DNA of 64,000 nucleotides from Paraphysomonas bandaiensis (lineage: Eukaryota; Protista; Chrysophyceae). The stretch lies in assembly GCA_965644295.1 (NCBI GenBank), contig CBFFRP010000218.1:124001-188000 (forward strand). Reading direction: 5' to 3'. Below are positions 9,748-23,387 of the stretch, piece by piece; position 1 is the first letter of the stretch; every line of letters begins with the position of its first letter. The notes beneath the pieces are model-generated. The model was not told where the DNA came from. It did not search any database and saw only the letters and a program-made list of their open reading frames with translations. The position numbers and the translations under genes were made by a program.

Positions 9748-12017
9748 CTTCAAAAAATTTGATATCAGTTTGTACAGTCAATTGTAAAGTGTTCGCCTAC
9801 GACGAGATTATATTTGAAAAGTGGATACGAAATTTGAAGTCGTCGATAATGTTCATTAACATTCTAGGTTATGTTAAGTGTACCGGACTGCGGTCACTAA
9901 AATACGTGAAAATAATGTTGTGAATCGAATGTAATTAGGTGACGGATGTTCCATAAAAACAATATCACGAATAATAATTAAAAATTTATTATTTCACTCC
10001 AGCTCTGATGTGTGCCGCACGATAGCTATATAATTATGCGTCATGGCATATTCAAATCAGTGTTTCAACGAGGTGTTGAAACGACAGGTATTACCAAGGA
10101 AAAGTATTATACCATAAAATTTGTGTCATACACTCACTCACTAAATAATCATGAAATTGAAATGTAGATTCTGGATTGTGTAAGTATACAAAATGTAGAT
10201 ATTATTGAAAAAAGGGTATTAGTAGGAGGGTGGCCAGATTGATTATATTCTGACATTAGAAACTAGGAATTTACATTTTCGTGTTATCTACCTCAACTTT
10301 TAGCCAACTAAAAGTGTATGAAATTAATGCATGTAGCATCTTGGATCTTGGTACGTTGAGTATTGCTATTTTGAGCAATTATAATCTGTATTTGAAGGTT
10401 TTGGGGTACATATCTTATTCCTTAATTGCAAAAATTATCGTCAAAAAGGCTAACAAGAGAAGGCCCAGACCAGCGATAATTCAAAAAAGGGCCACAGAGT
10501 GTGGCTAGAGGTGACTCTGAAGTAGTGTATGTGCATGTGCTCATTTGGGCAGGGAATAAAATATACAATATAGTGTCACGCCGATCTATTGAGTTTTCAC
10601 TGCCAGTGGACCACTCATTTGGCAGTCCACTTTACAAGAAGCGACTGTATAGACGCCACCAATGCAGAGTGAGTTTCAAGCTATGTATACTATGGTATGC
10701 AGGAACTGGTGTGGCTTCGGAGGGTGTTGGTCAAAATAGGGCTTTTCGTTTTTGCGCGAACCCACTCCATTTTTCTTAGAGGTAGTCAAAAATTGCGCGT
10801 CATTATTCAGCATTGGACCTCTTATTTCATAAACGTTCGAAGTGTCACCGGGTGAGAGAGCATGTAAATCCAAATGGCCCATTCAACACAGCGACACTCT
10901 TTTATTATACGTTAGTTCACCAAGTAATCTTTTTGTGTTGTGTGTCATTTATGAGAAGCATCGAAAGAGGCGTCTATATAGGTGAAGATCAGAAAAATTC
11001 TAAAGACGTTATAAGAGACAATACTTTTACAAAAAAGGTAGAAAAGCGTTGACTATGGTGAGGCTGGCTCATATGTTGCGTCATAAGTCCACCAGTATCT
11101 TTTAGGTGGTTGCGTATCCATCAGTTATGTCACTTGATGTGAAGATTCTATCTACAAATTTGAATTGAGAGGGAGTGTTGAGTTTTGCTGTCTGTGGACA
11201 ATCAAAAGCTGTATTTATAAGGTATTTGAGTTATGGCTACGTTACTGGAAGACTACATTAGTCGTTCTAACAGTATTACTTGAAGTAATGCGATAATAGG
11301 TATAATAAGTGAAGCTGAAATATATTTACGTATATAAGATTGTGACTATATATATATATTTATCGTATGTATGATATTGATTGATTTTTAGTAAATAGAA
11401 ATGAATGATATGAAGTAGTATTGATTATAATTATAACTATGGAGTATATACATTATTGAATGAATACAACGTTCAGTTGGTTGAAAGTTTAACCACTCTA
11501 AAATGTCTAAGCTGATAATTGATAATCGCAACATCACGACTCTAGACTATAGAAGGTCTGATATATTGACTAGTAGTTAATAAAATTAATTTGGCGACTG
11601 ACAATGAATGATAAAAAATATGGATTATAATTTTACTAATTGATTATTGAGTGCGTTCTACATACAGTGAACTAAGTTTTAAGTTAGTTTATCATCCTAA
11701 TGCTGATGGTTGATGTTGGCTGTGTAAAGTGTAAATTGTACTAACCGTAGAGTTGTAAAACATACACAATGACGAAAAAATAAGACATGTGTGTGTCTAA
11801 GTACATATGTTGATCACACTCTAGTCTCTAGTGATTGTTGAGGAATTGTTTATATACACCAATGTGACAGCAGTGTTATTTGATGGTATCATGCTTATTT
11901 GACATACTATAAATTTAGCGCTGATTAACGAGAAAAAGTATCAGGCTGCACTTTACAGGGCTGCAACTGGCTATATTTTTTAAATATACTATTTGAGAGT
12001 AATATATTACTGCAAAG

Positions 12018-13625
12018 TTAATTTTTATTGGAGCTCCATAGTGACATCTCATCCTCTATGAATCTCGTCGCTTCCGAATACAGGTTCGCTAACTTCACTC
12101 TCCGATTTCCTTGTTCCTCCGCTGTATTGGGGTCATCAGTAGCAAGTTCATCAATAATCCTCGTCGCCGTCATCGCTAGGTCTTCACAACCCATCCCAAG
12201 TACCCCACTCGCAGTGGAGTTGTGTGCTATCATCTCGTCGTAGAGGGCCGGATACCGCCAACTAAACATTTTCTCTTGTATTTGAAGGTCAGACATCGGC
12301 CCAGATTCGACTTGCATGTTTTCGGTTCCATTTTCATCAGCTCCATCACCAGCCGCATGTAACAAGTTTGAGTTTTTTCCGCCAATTTGTTCTGACATGC
12401 CTGAGCATGTTTTGTCCAGTGCGCTGAGAATAGCATCTCTCTGCTGCGTAAACTTATCGGAGCCTGTAGACGTATCGTGCCGTGTATGCTCCCCCCCCTG
12501 CTGAATCTCACTATTATCATTTAAGACAACAACGACGGGCATATCTTCATCCACTAAGTTATATCTGTCATCAGCGTTCACCCCAACTGAACCTAATGAG
12601 GGACAGTCATATAAACCGAACTTCTTGTTTAGGAATACATAGAGTCTGTTCCTGTGTTCAGAAAGGGTGTCATCTCTGCTACTATGTCGACTCAATCCAT
12701 CGAAAAGAGCAGACAACGCAGGTCTCAAAAAGTTATCAGAAGACAACTCTGTTTCAAAAAAATCAGTCGGTGTGTGATGCATCTGCTCGTACAGTACGCG
12801 GATGAAAGTAGAGGCAAAAGTTGGATTCTCAAGTAAAGCACGCTCAGAGTGACAAATCAAATTGATCAGAACTTTCCACTGATGAAGGGCGGGATAGGAA
12901 AAAATCATCATAAATAGAACAAAAGCCAGTTGTAATTCTCCCAAAATGCTTTGCCAGCTTCCAGAGTAGTGATTGTTTATTAGGCACTCTAAAAGTAGAC
13001 TCTTGTCCATGTAGAATTGTGACAACTGAGATCTACTAGTGTTATTATCATCTTTAATGAGCTTTTCCCTAAGTTCCTTTTCAGTTGTGGAAATATCAGT
13101 GAAACTAGCTACCCGCGCGGTATCCGGAAAGTACGCCTGTACGGCTTGGTCTTGTACGGGGGTGGGTAGTGCATCCGCAATGTCTCCCGGGAAGATCGGA
13201 GTATGCGGATGAAGTCCGGCCGAATTCAAGGTATCGATCGAAATAAAACCAGAGAGATTAATCCACGTCTTATGTTGATCAACAGGGTAAGGCCCCATGT
13301 TCTGATCTAGTTCACCACGATTAATGGCTTGCTTCAACGCATCAGTTGAGCGCTCTGAAAGTAAAGAAGTCGCCGATATGTCCTCATTAGAAGAGTTCCA
13401 GTTCTTTACAACGATATCATTCTTCTCATAATGAAGGAAAAAACCTTCTCTAGCACCCATACCAGTGCTGTAGTAGACAAGATGCAGGCCCGGAGGAATC
13501 ATACATACACCACGAAACTTGGACCCTGTTTCATAGTGCATGCAATCTATTCCAAAATCAAAACTATCGGGAGGATCAGTAATGACCAAAACTCCTCCTC
13601 TCTCTACAATATCTGAACTTGACAT
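12018..13625 (-). CDS. AAR2: AAR2 splicing factor homolog (U5 snRNP assembly)
   Basis: FGID....TGSKFRGVCMIPPGLHLVYYS, MGPYP, ILGELQLAFVLF, QWK.LINLIC motifs. Confidence 0.9.
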   Translation of the reverse strand: MSSSDIVERGGVLVITDPPDSFDFGIDCMHYETGSKFRGVCMIPPGLHLVYYSTGMGAREGFFLHYEKNDIVVKNWNSSNEDISATSLLSERSTDALKQAINRGELDQNMGPYPVDQHKTWINLSGFISIDTLNSAGLHPHTPIFPGDIADALPTPVQDQAVQAYFPDTARVASFTDISTTEKELREKLIKDDNNTSRSQLSQFYMDKSLLLECLINNHYSGSWQSILGELQLAFVLFMMIFSYPALHQWKVLINLICHSERALLENPTFASTFIRVLYEQMHHTPTDFFETELSSDNFLRPALSALFDGLSRHSSRDDTLSEHRNRLYVFLNKKFGLYDCPSLGSVGVNADDRYNLVDEDMPVVVVLNDNSEIQQGGEHTRHDTSTGSDKFTQQRDAILSALDKTCSGMSEQIGGKNSNLLHAAGDGADENGTENMQVESGPMSDLQIQEKMFSWRYPALYDEMIAHNSTASGVLGMGCEDLAMTATRIIDELATDDPNTAEEQGNRRVKLANLYSEATRFIEDEMSLWSSNKN

Positions 13626-13672
13626 AACGGGATTGCAAAGTGCTGAAATAAGAACAAATAGCTACCAATCTC

Positions 13673-14031
13673 TACATATACATACATACATACATACATA
13701 CATACATACATACATACATACATACATACATACATACATACATACATACATACATACATACATACATACATACATACATACATACATACATACATACATA
13801 CATACATACATACATACATACATACATACATACATACATACATACATACATACATACATACATACATACATACATACATACATACATACATACATACATA
13901 CATACATACATACATACATACATACATACATACATACATACATACATACATACATACATACATACATACGTACATACATACATACATACATACATACATA
14001 CATACATACGTACGTACATACATACATACAT
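13673..14031. repeat. (TACA)n microsatellite
   Basis: About 360 bp, nearly perfect. Confidence 0.98.
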
Positions 14032-14174
14032 CTGTATGTGCTATTTTTCTGTAAAATGTGGAAGGTACCGTACTCAAGCCCGCACCATAATGGTGTGGAA
14101 CTATATAAGTGGTGATGATGAGTGACCAGTGGTATGTATGGTGTTGCTGGTGAGTAATAGATCCAGGGAGGTGG

Positions 14175-14819
14175 GTGTTGAAGGAGGAGCTCTCTCATCA
14201 CAGCATGGTATCATACATACAGAACATAATAACAGCGAGAACATATCATAGTAGCATGGAATCAACTACCACGGAATCAACTACCACGGAATCAACTACC
14301 ACGGAATCAACTACCACGGAATCAACTACCACAGGGGGCATTAGAAAAGTCGGTGATGGGGAAACCAAAAATCGTAACTCCTCTGCGTTAGCTCAGTTTG
14401 CGAAGTACTTGGAGATGCGGTTCGACGGGAAGAAGAGGTATAAGGAACTCATAGACAGTGATATAAATGTAGAACTATTTCAATGTTTCGGTGGCTTTTT
14501 GATCGATCACGCCGTCCATGGAACAACGAAGAAGCCTTTGACCCTAGGTACTGCTTGGCAGTATTTGTCAGACACGAAGACTGCGCTGACGAAGCGATTT
14601 AAAAGAAATGAGTTATTAAGCAGCTCCAATGAGCTGTGGTACAAAGATGTGAGAGCGGCAGTATCAAAGCATATTATCAAGCGGTGTATCGCACAAGGAG
14701 TGCGTATATCAGAGAAAACAAGTCCAGTGGGGAAAGAACTAATGAAGCGCATAGGTGAATACATTATACATCGGGCATCTGATTTCTCCGGTAAGTGGAC
14801 ATACTTCACATATCTATGA
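14175..14819 (+). pseudogene. Crypton-like tyrosine-recombinase N-terminal fragment (no catalytic domain visible)
   Basis: SALAQFAKYL, FGGFL, LTLGTAWQYLS..K..L, WY...R pattern recalls the core-binding region of stramenopile Crypton-type recombinases; splice donor at about 14791. Confidence 0.4.
14258..14332 (+). repeat. 15-bp tandem repeat x5 (GGAATCAACTACCAC, encoding ESTTT)
   Basis: Read directly. Confidence 0.95.
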
Positions 14820-15364
14820 TTTACTGTATGCTAATAAACTTTATTTAGAAGTGAAGAAGTATTCATTGTACAATCTCTATTTGGTTTTTCACATGTTATC
14901 ACCTATCATTCAAGCACTCATTAACGTGTATCTGCTGCATATGGCTGCCTCGTCATATTACTATATACATATACTCGATGCATGTGATATGATGCACTAT
15001 GCTATGATGCACTCTGCTGATTGGATCACTCGATGGGCGCACTTGCTGTGCGGCCTTTGTGTAAAAACAAGGGTGCGGGATCCCGCACCTGCGGTGCGGG
15101 CTAAATAATTTTTCGATGATATCCACGGATGTACGACATATTCCGACAACAAACAGGCAGAAATGTCCACACTCCATCACTCCATCACTCGTAAAACTTC
15201 TATACTAGCTACCAAAACCACTCTCACTCACTCTAATTCTAACCTATTAATATCATATTATATAGTTAGCTACTTCCATATACACCACTTCTATTTTAGA
15301 TTCAAGCAAAGCAGTATTGTGAAAAGAATGCTCCAAGCTCAACAAGGGTGGTGTTGATATTCGA

Positions 15365-15865
15365 ATGCGAGGAAATCAAAGTCGTCATCTCATAGAAATT
15401 AGAGATCGTCTAAACAGCGGTGTTTTAATCACTCATATTCTTAATGTGAAAATCTCAAATCAACCGCAAAACAAAGCACACGCGAGCCAGATTCGAAGGA
15501 TATTAAAACAAAATATTTGGAATGTTAACTTGACGAGAAACGTTGAATTTCCTCCTGGTAGCAACACTTTTATTCCGATGACAATTCGTTGGGAAATGCC
15601 TAATGTTGGCAATCAATGTGCCTATTATTTTTGTGTTACTCCATTTAATGATATTGCTGTGGCACATCATACAAAATTGGCAATTTCATCGATTTGCGAC
15701 CTAATCCGTGCTGCTAATCCGCAGTTTGGTGTCGATTGGGGAGTTGCATATTTGTTGACAAAGCCTCTGGATTTTTTGAACCAGCAAAATCCAGCAAATG
15801 CTAATGCTATGCTTTCTCGTTCAGATGCCGAGAGTGATGACGATGATGATGAAGAAGAAGAGTAG
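15365..15865 (+). CDS. Hypothetical protein with acidic tail
   Basis: 166 aa ORF; no recognised domain. Confidence 0.4.
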   Translation: MRGNQSRHLIEIRDRLNSGVLITHILNVKISNQPQNKAHASQIRRILKQNIWNVNLTRNVEFPPGSNTFIPMTIRWEMPNVGNQCAYYFCVTPFNDIAVAHHTKLAISSICDLIRAANPQFGVDWGVAYLLTKPLDFLNQQNPANANAMLSRSDAESDDDDDEEEE

Positions 15866-15964
15866 ATTGAGACACAGACATGTACGAAAATAGTATATCT
15901 CGAATAAGTATTAAGCAAATTATACCACCACATTTAAGATAATTGAACTATAGTGTCAGCATCT

Positions 15965-16410
15965 CAGGGCCAGTCAAAATTATATTGGATTGCAATATAC
16001 TGCAATATATTGCTATATAAATGCTGCAATTATTTATTTTTGCTAGCTCCAATATATTGATTATTATTTTAGCAAATTTTGGCCTCGCAATATATTGCAA
16101 TATATAGATATCAGGGCTAGGAAACAATATATTGCAATACTATTGTTAGATAGCGTTCCATCAATACTATTGATGGAGATTTTAAACAGGCCCAACAATA
16201 CAACTACAATATATTGACAATATATTGCAATATATTAGTATGACCAAACAGTATGTAAACACATCAGTAGATTCCATTTTTCGTATTAGTCATTAAAAGA
16301 TCACATGACAACCAAACCCACTACTGCTTATAGATTATAAAAATCCGCCTCGTCCTCATCCTCTGAGCCATCATCGGTGACGTCAACATCAACATATTCA
16401 TCTAGAATTT
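15965..16410. mobile_element. Partial hAT-family ends (CAGGG... at 15965 and 16112) related to 16538-17338
   Basis: 16112-16400 closely matches 16538-16830; CAATATATTG subterminal repeats. Confidence 0.75.
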
Positions 16411-16537
16411 AACATAAGTTGACATTATTTAGTTGCTAACGCTCTGCTCAAACATGTCTTGCTATTATACTATTAGGCCTTATCGTTCAATCTTTATCTC
16501 TAATAATATCAAGTATATTCTTACTAAATATCAAGAC

Positions 16538-17338
16538 CAGGGATAGGGAACAATATATTGCAATACTATTGTTAGATAGCGTTCCATCAATAGTATTGAT
16601 GGATTTTTTAAACCGGTCCTACAATACAATTACAATATATTGCAATATATTGTCAATGTATTGCGATATATTAGTTTGACTAATCAGTAGGTAAACACAT
16701 CCGTAGATTTCATTTTTAGTATTAGTCATTAAGATCACATGACAACCAAACCAACTGCTGCTTATAGCTACTAAAATTTCACCTCGTCCTCATCCTCTGA
16801 GCCATCATCGGTGAAGTCAACATCACCATATTCACCCACAGAATTAACTGAAATATGCTAGTATCCGGCCATAACTGTCGAAGAGCTTTCTAAAACAACA
16901 GCATATTAAGTAGGATGGATACTTTTGCGCAACACTGATATAATATGTTTAGCTGTGCTGAACAGACGTTCCCATGTATTGGAAGCACATACCAAGGCCA
17001 GGCAACCGTTAATGACTCTTGGATCTGTACGTTTCTTAATTTTTTGAGCTGACTGAAGATTTTTAGTCGCATATAGTCAACATCAGCTTCATTATCCTTT
17101 GTAATGTTGTAATCAATTTCTCGGTTATTTATATCCATTTTGCACCCTACAGTTGAGAATCTTCTCTTATATGACTATCATAATATTGATTGCAATATAT
17201 TGCAATAGTATTGTGAGCTCTTTTAGCAGAAACACTATTGATGGAATATTTGACCAGTCCACCAATCAATATATTCTACAATATATTGCAATATATTGTA
17301 CAATGTATTGCAATACAATATATTGTTCCCTATCCCTG
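16538..17338 (-). mobile_element. Non-autonomous hAT element (801 bp), internally deleted
   Basis: TIR CAGGGATAGGGAACAATATATTG at both ends; 8-bp TSD ATCAAGAC; remnant ERLFSTAKHIISVLRKS on the minus strand. Confidence 0.92.
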
Positions 17339-17894
17339 ATCAAGACTAACCTTAAATCTTATTTATGTTAGTTAAATAGCTAAATTAGTTCTGACTCTTA
17401 AACGCATATATTGCTAATAATACGACATTCGCTGCTACAGTGAATATATTCTAGTTTCACCACTGTTATTTCTATCATATCAATAGTTCAGGTAATACTG
17501 TTAATCACAACTGCATTCATCAAGTAACATCATAATGTAAATACCTTAGAACTACAGCTTTTAAATGATTTAAATCAGCAAAACTCTATAGATTCGATCG
17601 AACAAAAAACAATGAGGCAAGACAAGCATTTCTGGTTTCAATATATCAAAAAAACAGTATTAGATATTCCGTCACCAGTATGATTTCTACTGACTCTCAT
17701 TGGAGTAAAACGTTGGCTTGTCAATAAACAGCTGTACACTATACATACTTCAGACTGCACAAGAGACCACAGCCTTCCACTACAATTCAAGCATTATTTA
17801 CAGACAGTATATTTTCTTACGCACACATACTTCTTAGCTACCATCACGGAACCACTATATCTATATTTAAAGCGTGACTGGTCAATACACTGTA

Positions 17895-20800
17895 TCATGT
17901 CTCAATTAAGGGTGTGGGTTCTGATATTTCCCTGTGAAATACGATGTCGGTCAAAAAAATTAGATCACACTCGAAGAGAGCTTTACCTCTTTCCTTTCCA
18001 AGAGCCCGTAATCTCTCGAATAAATATGGAATGCTCAATTATTTGTGATACCTGTGACCATTAAATTAGGATACTTTGTACGAAGGGATGACACGTGAAC
18101 CTTGTGTTGAAACCTTATCTTGTATGGCTCAGGTGGCATGCAAGATATGCCATTGGCCGATTTCATTAAAAAGTTGACTTTAAAAAACCTAAAAGACATA
18201 TCACAAATAGACGGTTAGAGATAAATAATACGTTAGCACCTCTCTAGTCGTTTCTCTAAAGTCCACTTTTGCAGTATGTCTATAATACCCATGTAGTACA
18301 CCCCTGGTGCTATGACAGACCTAGCAAGATATCCCCCAGCAATCTCTTCTTCATATATTTCCATGAGATTCGTACCACTATCCAGAGAATGAATGTCCGA
18401 TAGTCGTCCATCCGTATCGTTCTTCGTTTCTGTACGAAACTTGGAGCCATTGCTGATGCTGTCCTGTGGGAGACGATAAGTGCTATCAGTTTGACCACAG
18501 TCCGCTGGCGTGTAAACGCGAGAGGGCTCATGCTGCAAGGTCTGTCTACGCCGCCGAGAGACAGTGCTGTTACACACTGTTTTTTCAGACTCAAAACTCT
18601 CACGGGTAGACATTTTGACTGGTGTTTCCAAAATATCATTGCAGGACGCTGATACTGGATCGACATTGCTGGAAGACTTAGTGATACCGCGTTGTCCATG
18701 TGGAAAGGGCAGAGGTGTTGTCGAGGGTTCATCCACTACAGAATCTACCACAGGAGTTCCCATGCTCTGTCTACTGCTGTACATAGGACCCTGCGACAGC
18801 ACACTGTCTCGTGAAAACACTACAGAATTGCGCCTGGATGCCACACACTCAGCCACCGAAATAAATCGATATTTTACACATACCTTCTAGATATAACCCT
18901 TTCCGGGTCCACCTCGTATTGAAGATTTCTGACTCCTACAAGGAGACTATAGTCTGTAATTCCCATGGCACAAAGAGCATCACTGTCCTTATTTAGTATG
19001 TCAATAGTACTGTAAGCATCTTCCGGTCTTAAACGTATCTTGGATGTGAAGTCGTTGTCTTTTAGAACAAAATTAGGTTCGTGTACACCAACAATATCTG
19101 GACAAGGGGTCTGCGATCCACTCACAAAGAGCTCTCCACAATGTCTACAAAAAATTTTCTTTCCTGGAGGAACAACGCCACCATTTCGAGACACCCAGCT
19201 ACCTTTAATGTCGTAGCGTTGGTTAATAGTGGCATGTGGTGGAAATATATTTCGCATCACCACGAATCGGAAAGTCTGATTATACATCTTCAGTGAATGT
19301 AAACCGAGGAAACGAACAAGCAGTGAAGAAGGATTGTCTGCAAGGTGCTTGTAATACTGATCGAGAATATCCATCAGCACATCGGCCTCGTCCGAACTCA
19401 CCGTCTTGACAACAAACTCTCCAGAGCCACAAAAGAACATGAACGCACCACTCCCTCCTTCAGTCAGTCTTTCCTATATTGCATATTTTACTATATATAC
19501 TATTTACGTAGAAAGTAATATACTGAGATAAAAACCTATGAGGCTTAAGAATACCACACCTTAGCTGGTTGCGATATTTGGGTCAGATACCACTCCTCGG
19601 GAATATCGTTGATATCCCTTAGAGCCCTGAAAATATCCGGCTGATAATCAGTGAAAATGTGTCTCTGGTCAATATCAAAGCTGCGCTGTGTTTCTGATAT
19701 TGGCACTGCTGCAAGTTCAACTGACCGCATAATTCCACGCGTCGTAAAGTGCACAACCTAGATTATATCCAGTATTTACAAAGTAGATAGCAACAATGGT
19801 GGTCAATATATGTACGCACCTCTTCTCTCAGAGCCATGTTTAGCTGAGGTGAGAGGTCTATATCAACACCAAAGTCCTCTTCGACTAGGACACTTGGAAC
19901 GTCCTCCTGGAAGTTAACTTTGGTCGACCGCCCGTCACTCGCAGAGGTAGTTATAGTCGCACGAGATGGTTCCTTCTCTCTCACAAGAGGCGAAGTCCAT
20001 TCCATCCATCGAAAAGATGGTTTGTTTCCTACCCCGGCAAGAGCTTTCGAGTTACTCATACTTGTGAAATCTCGCATACTAAACCAGAGTGCGCCATCGA
20101 CGAAACCACTACATCAGCGGTTAGTATTACCACAGGACAACATATTAGATACCGCACTCACCGCAAAGCTAAGAGGTAAGCAATTACGTTTTTCATGTGT
20201 CTCGCAAAATTCGAATCAAATTGCGCACTATCATGACTTACTGCATTCTCATGGGCAATTACTACAATATATAGAACACAAACCAGAACTGAATATGCGA
20301 TGTACGTAATAACCACCGTAAATGTGTCTTGGACACACGCCCGGCGGGTGCGGTAGGTCCGTTCAAGACCGCGGGATATGCGATATGTTGCAAAGCATAT
20401 TGAGCCAATGCAAAACGCATAAAATACAAGAACCCTATGCGTACATTATTAGCGGGAAATATTATGTACTGATATTCATACCAGGAGAGGTAGAATCCCC
20501 ATATACAGGTGGAGAGAGGGTTGTCAACATGGATCCAACATATATGGTTAGCAAACGTTCCCTGGCAGGACGAATTCTCTGCTAATGATAGAGCATTCAT
20601 TAAACCAAACGACCATACCACAATGTGGTACTTATTGATATTTCCTTTGTATGATGTGAAAGGGTTGGATAGAGAAAGTATAAGATCAACACCAATCGTA
20701 ACCAACCAACTCTCACCAGTAAAGAAAGTAAATTGTGTTAAAAATGAAAGAATTTTACATGATGATGAATGTTCATCATTTTTTTTTTCAAATGCATTAA

Positions 20801-21164
20801 TCATCAATATAATAGAAAATATAAAATGTACTAATGTACGTAATATAATTAATGGTGATGGATGTTTTCTCCATGGCAATATCTGTATATAACTTAATAT
20901 AGCCAATCCACATGATAAAGCTGATAATAAGGAACCACAGAGTAAGTAACCAGGTAATGTATTCATTGTTGTTAAGGGAATAATGTACATGATAATGAGG
21001 AATAGTGGGGATATGTATGGAAACCATAGTCTGAAGTAATACCAGTAGATAACGCCTGTGATTTTACCCACAGTGTTTTCGTTTCTACGTAATATACGTA
21101 CAGCTGCTGGAGCTTCAGAGAAAAGGGATCCACGAGTGGTAGTACGACGGAGTGTTGAGTCCAT
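17895..21164 (-). CDS. GPCR-PIPK: 7TM receptor-like domain fused to phosphatidylinositol-phosphate kinase (multi-exon; 3' end approximate)
   Basis: TM region WRKHPSPLI...LTQFTFFTGESW...LSLSNPFTSY; kinase motifs FTDYQPDIFRALR, GGSGAFMF, VKTVS, YDIKGSWVSR, LKDND, TDYSLLVG, YYMGIIDILQ. Confidence 0.88.
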
Positions 21165-21236
21165 GTGATGTGATGAGGTTGTGCATGTGGTGAGGGAGTG
21201 AATTGTAAGAGAGAGACAATATCTACAGTAGATATG

Positions 21237-22019
21237 ATACATACATACATACATACATACATACATACATACATACATACATACATACATACATACATAC
21301 ATACATACATACATACATACATACATACATACATACATACATACATACATACATACATACATACATACATACATACATACATACATACATACATACATAC
21401 ATACATACATACATACATACATACATACATACCTACATACCTACATACATACATACATACATACCTACATACCTACATACATACATACATACATACATAC
21501 ATACCTACATACATACATACATACATACATACATACATACATACATACATACATACTACATACATACATACATACCTACATACATACATACATACATACA
21601 TACATACATACATACCTACATACATACATACATACATACATACATACATACATACATACATACATACATACATACATACATACATACATACATACATACA
21701 TACATACATACATACATACATACATACATACATACATACATACATACATACATACATACATACATACCTACATACCTACATACATACATACATACATATA
21801 TACATACATACATACATACATACATACATACCTACATACATACATACATACATACATACATACCTACATACATACATACATACATACATACATACCTACA
21901 TACCTACATACATACATACATACATACATACATACATACATACATACATACATACATACATACATACATACATACATACATACATACATACATACATACA
22001 TACATACATACATACATAC
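21237..22019. repeat. (TACA)n microsatellite with TACC variants
   Basis: Read directly. Confidence 0.98.
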
Positions 22020-22199
22020 TATACAGTCTAAATTGCACAAACACATAAATCTGCATAAAATAGGCTGCATAAACTCATGAATTTATGCAGATTTTATGTT
22101 TTTTTAGGAGACCCCCCCGGACCCCTCGTACAAACTATCCTATATGCATAAACATATGCATAAACTATTTAAAGAGCTGAAGCTATATAAAGTAGACAT

Positions 22200-23330
22200 A
22201 TGCTACCCAACTGTAGCTTAATCGACAGGAATGAATCTAAGCAGAAGTTACTGTGCGTACTTCTCTTGTTGCTATTGTATAACAGCTGTAGAAGTCGTGC
22301 TAACTTGACGAGATCGGCAGTTGTTTCTCCTCGTTTCGCACCATGGGTTCGTGTGTTGCATGGGGCAGATGATCAATCTTTTCTACTACTGACAGGGATG
22401 ACGAGACCGGTTTTTAAGTTGTTGAGGGGTATCTTATTTGCTGAAGATGTTGTCCTCAAATCCGGTCGACCTAGTAGCCTTGACAATGATGGTAAACTTG
22501 GCCTATTTCTGTTTTATGTGAATTCTAGTATGCGTATAAAGCACCTATGTTTACTGTTTGGGGTGGTTCCTTCAACCGCATCCAGAGTAATAAAGACTAT
22601 GTTATATGAAGTATGTAGAATTCTTGCAAAAGAGGAGCACAGTCGCATAAGATTTCCCGATAGGGAGCAGATGTCTGAGTTCGCAGCTTTAGTAGAGAGA
22701 CGTGAGCCCACTTTAAAAAATATTATCGGTTTCGTTGATGGCGTGAGTCTGCCTGTACAATGCAGTGATGACGACCACGAACAGTCCGTCATGTACAATG
22801 GATACTATCACGATACCATGACTAACAATGTACTAGCCTTTTCGCCTAAAGGTATAGTTCTATACGCTTGTCTTAACTTTCCCGGTTCATGGCACGATTC
22901 ACAAGTGGCAGCTTCTTTTATAGAGAAGGTCAGAAGAGACATTGGTGTATACGCCTTTTGCGTTGATCAAGGATTTCCGCGCTCTGGTGATCTCTATGAC
23001 AAACTAGTAGGTCCTTTGTCAAGAAAAGCTAGAGCTAAACTGGCTCCAAATTTGCGGCATGCTCTACTAAGAAGGCATGCTAAGTGCATATCATTGAGAC
23101 AGGCGGCTGAATGGGGTATGCGAGCACTACAAGGAACGTTTTCTCGATTGAAGAGTCGTCTACCCTCGTGCAAATTTATTCGAGGGAAAATATTACTAGC
23201 TATTGTGCTGGTTCACAATTTTCGCACTCACCATGTAGGACTTAATCAAATAGCAACTGTATTTAATCCTTTGTATGAGGAGTACGTAAATGTGGAAGGT
23301 TACGACCACATTGCAAGATACTTCATGTAA
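22200..23330 (+). CDS. Harbinger-type DDE transposase (DDE_Tnp_4-like)
   Basis: GFVDG, NFPGSWHDS, VDQGFP, RQAAEWGMRALQGTFSRL, LVHNFR; intact 376 aa. Confidence 0.9.
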   Translation: MLPNCSLIDRNESKQKLLCVLLLLLLYNSCRSRANLTRSAVVSPRFAPWVRVLHGADDQSFLLLTGMTRPVFKLLRGILFAEDVVLKSGRPSSLDNDGKLGLFLFYVNSSMRIKHLCLLFGVVPSTASRVIKTMLYEVCRILAKEEHSRIRFPDREQMSEFAALVERREPTLKNIIGFVDGVSLPVQCSDDDHEQSVMYNGYYHDTMTNNVLAFSPKGIVLYACLNFPGSWHDSQVAASFIEKVRRDIGVYAFCVDQGFPRSGDLYDKLVGPLSRKARAKLAPNLRHALLRRHAKCISLRQAAEWGMRALQGTFSRLKSRLPSCKFIRGKILLAIVLVHNFRTHHVGLNQIATVFNPLYEEYVNVEGYDHIARYFM

Positions 23331-23387
23331 TAAATATTTCTTAATTATGCATTGCTTACTTTCACATTAGTAATCAACCCTAGCTGT

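Noticed and set aside
10227-11100. TIR-like GGGTGGCCAGA (similar at about 28031) and short ORFs
   Set aside because: No matching partner end with TSD and no recognisable protein; probably old TE debris
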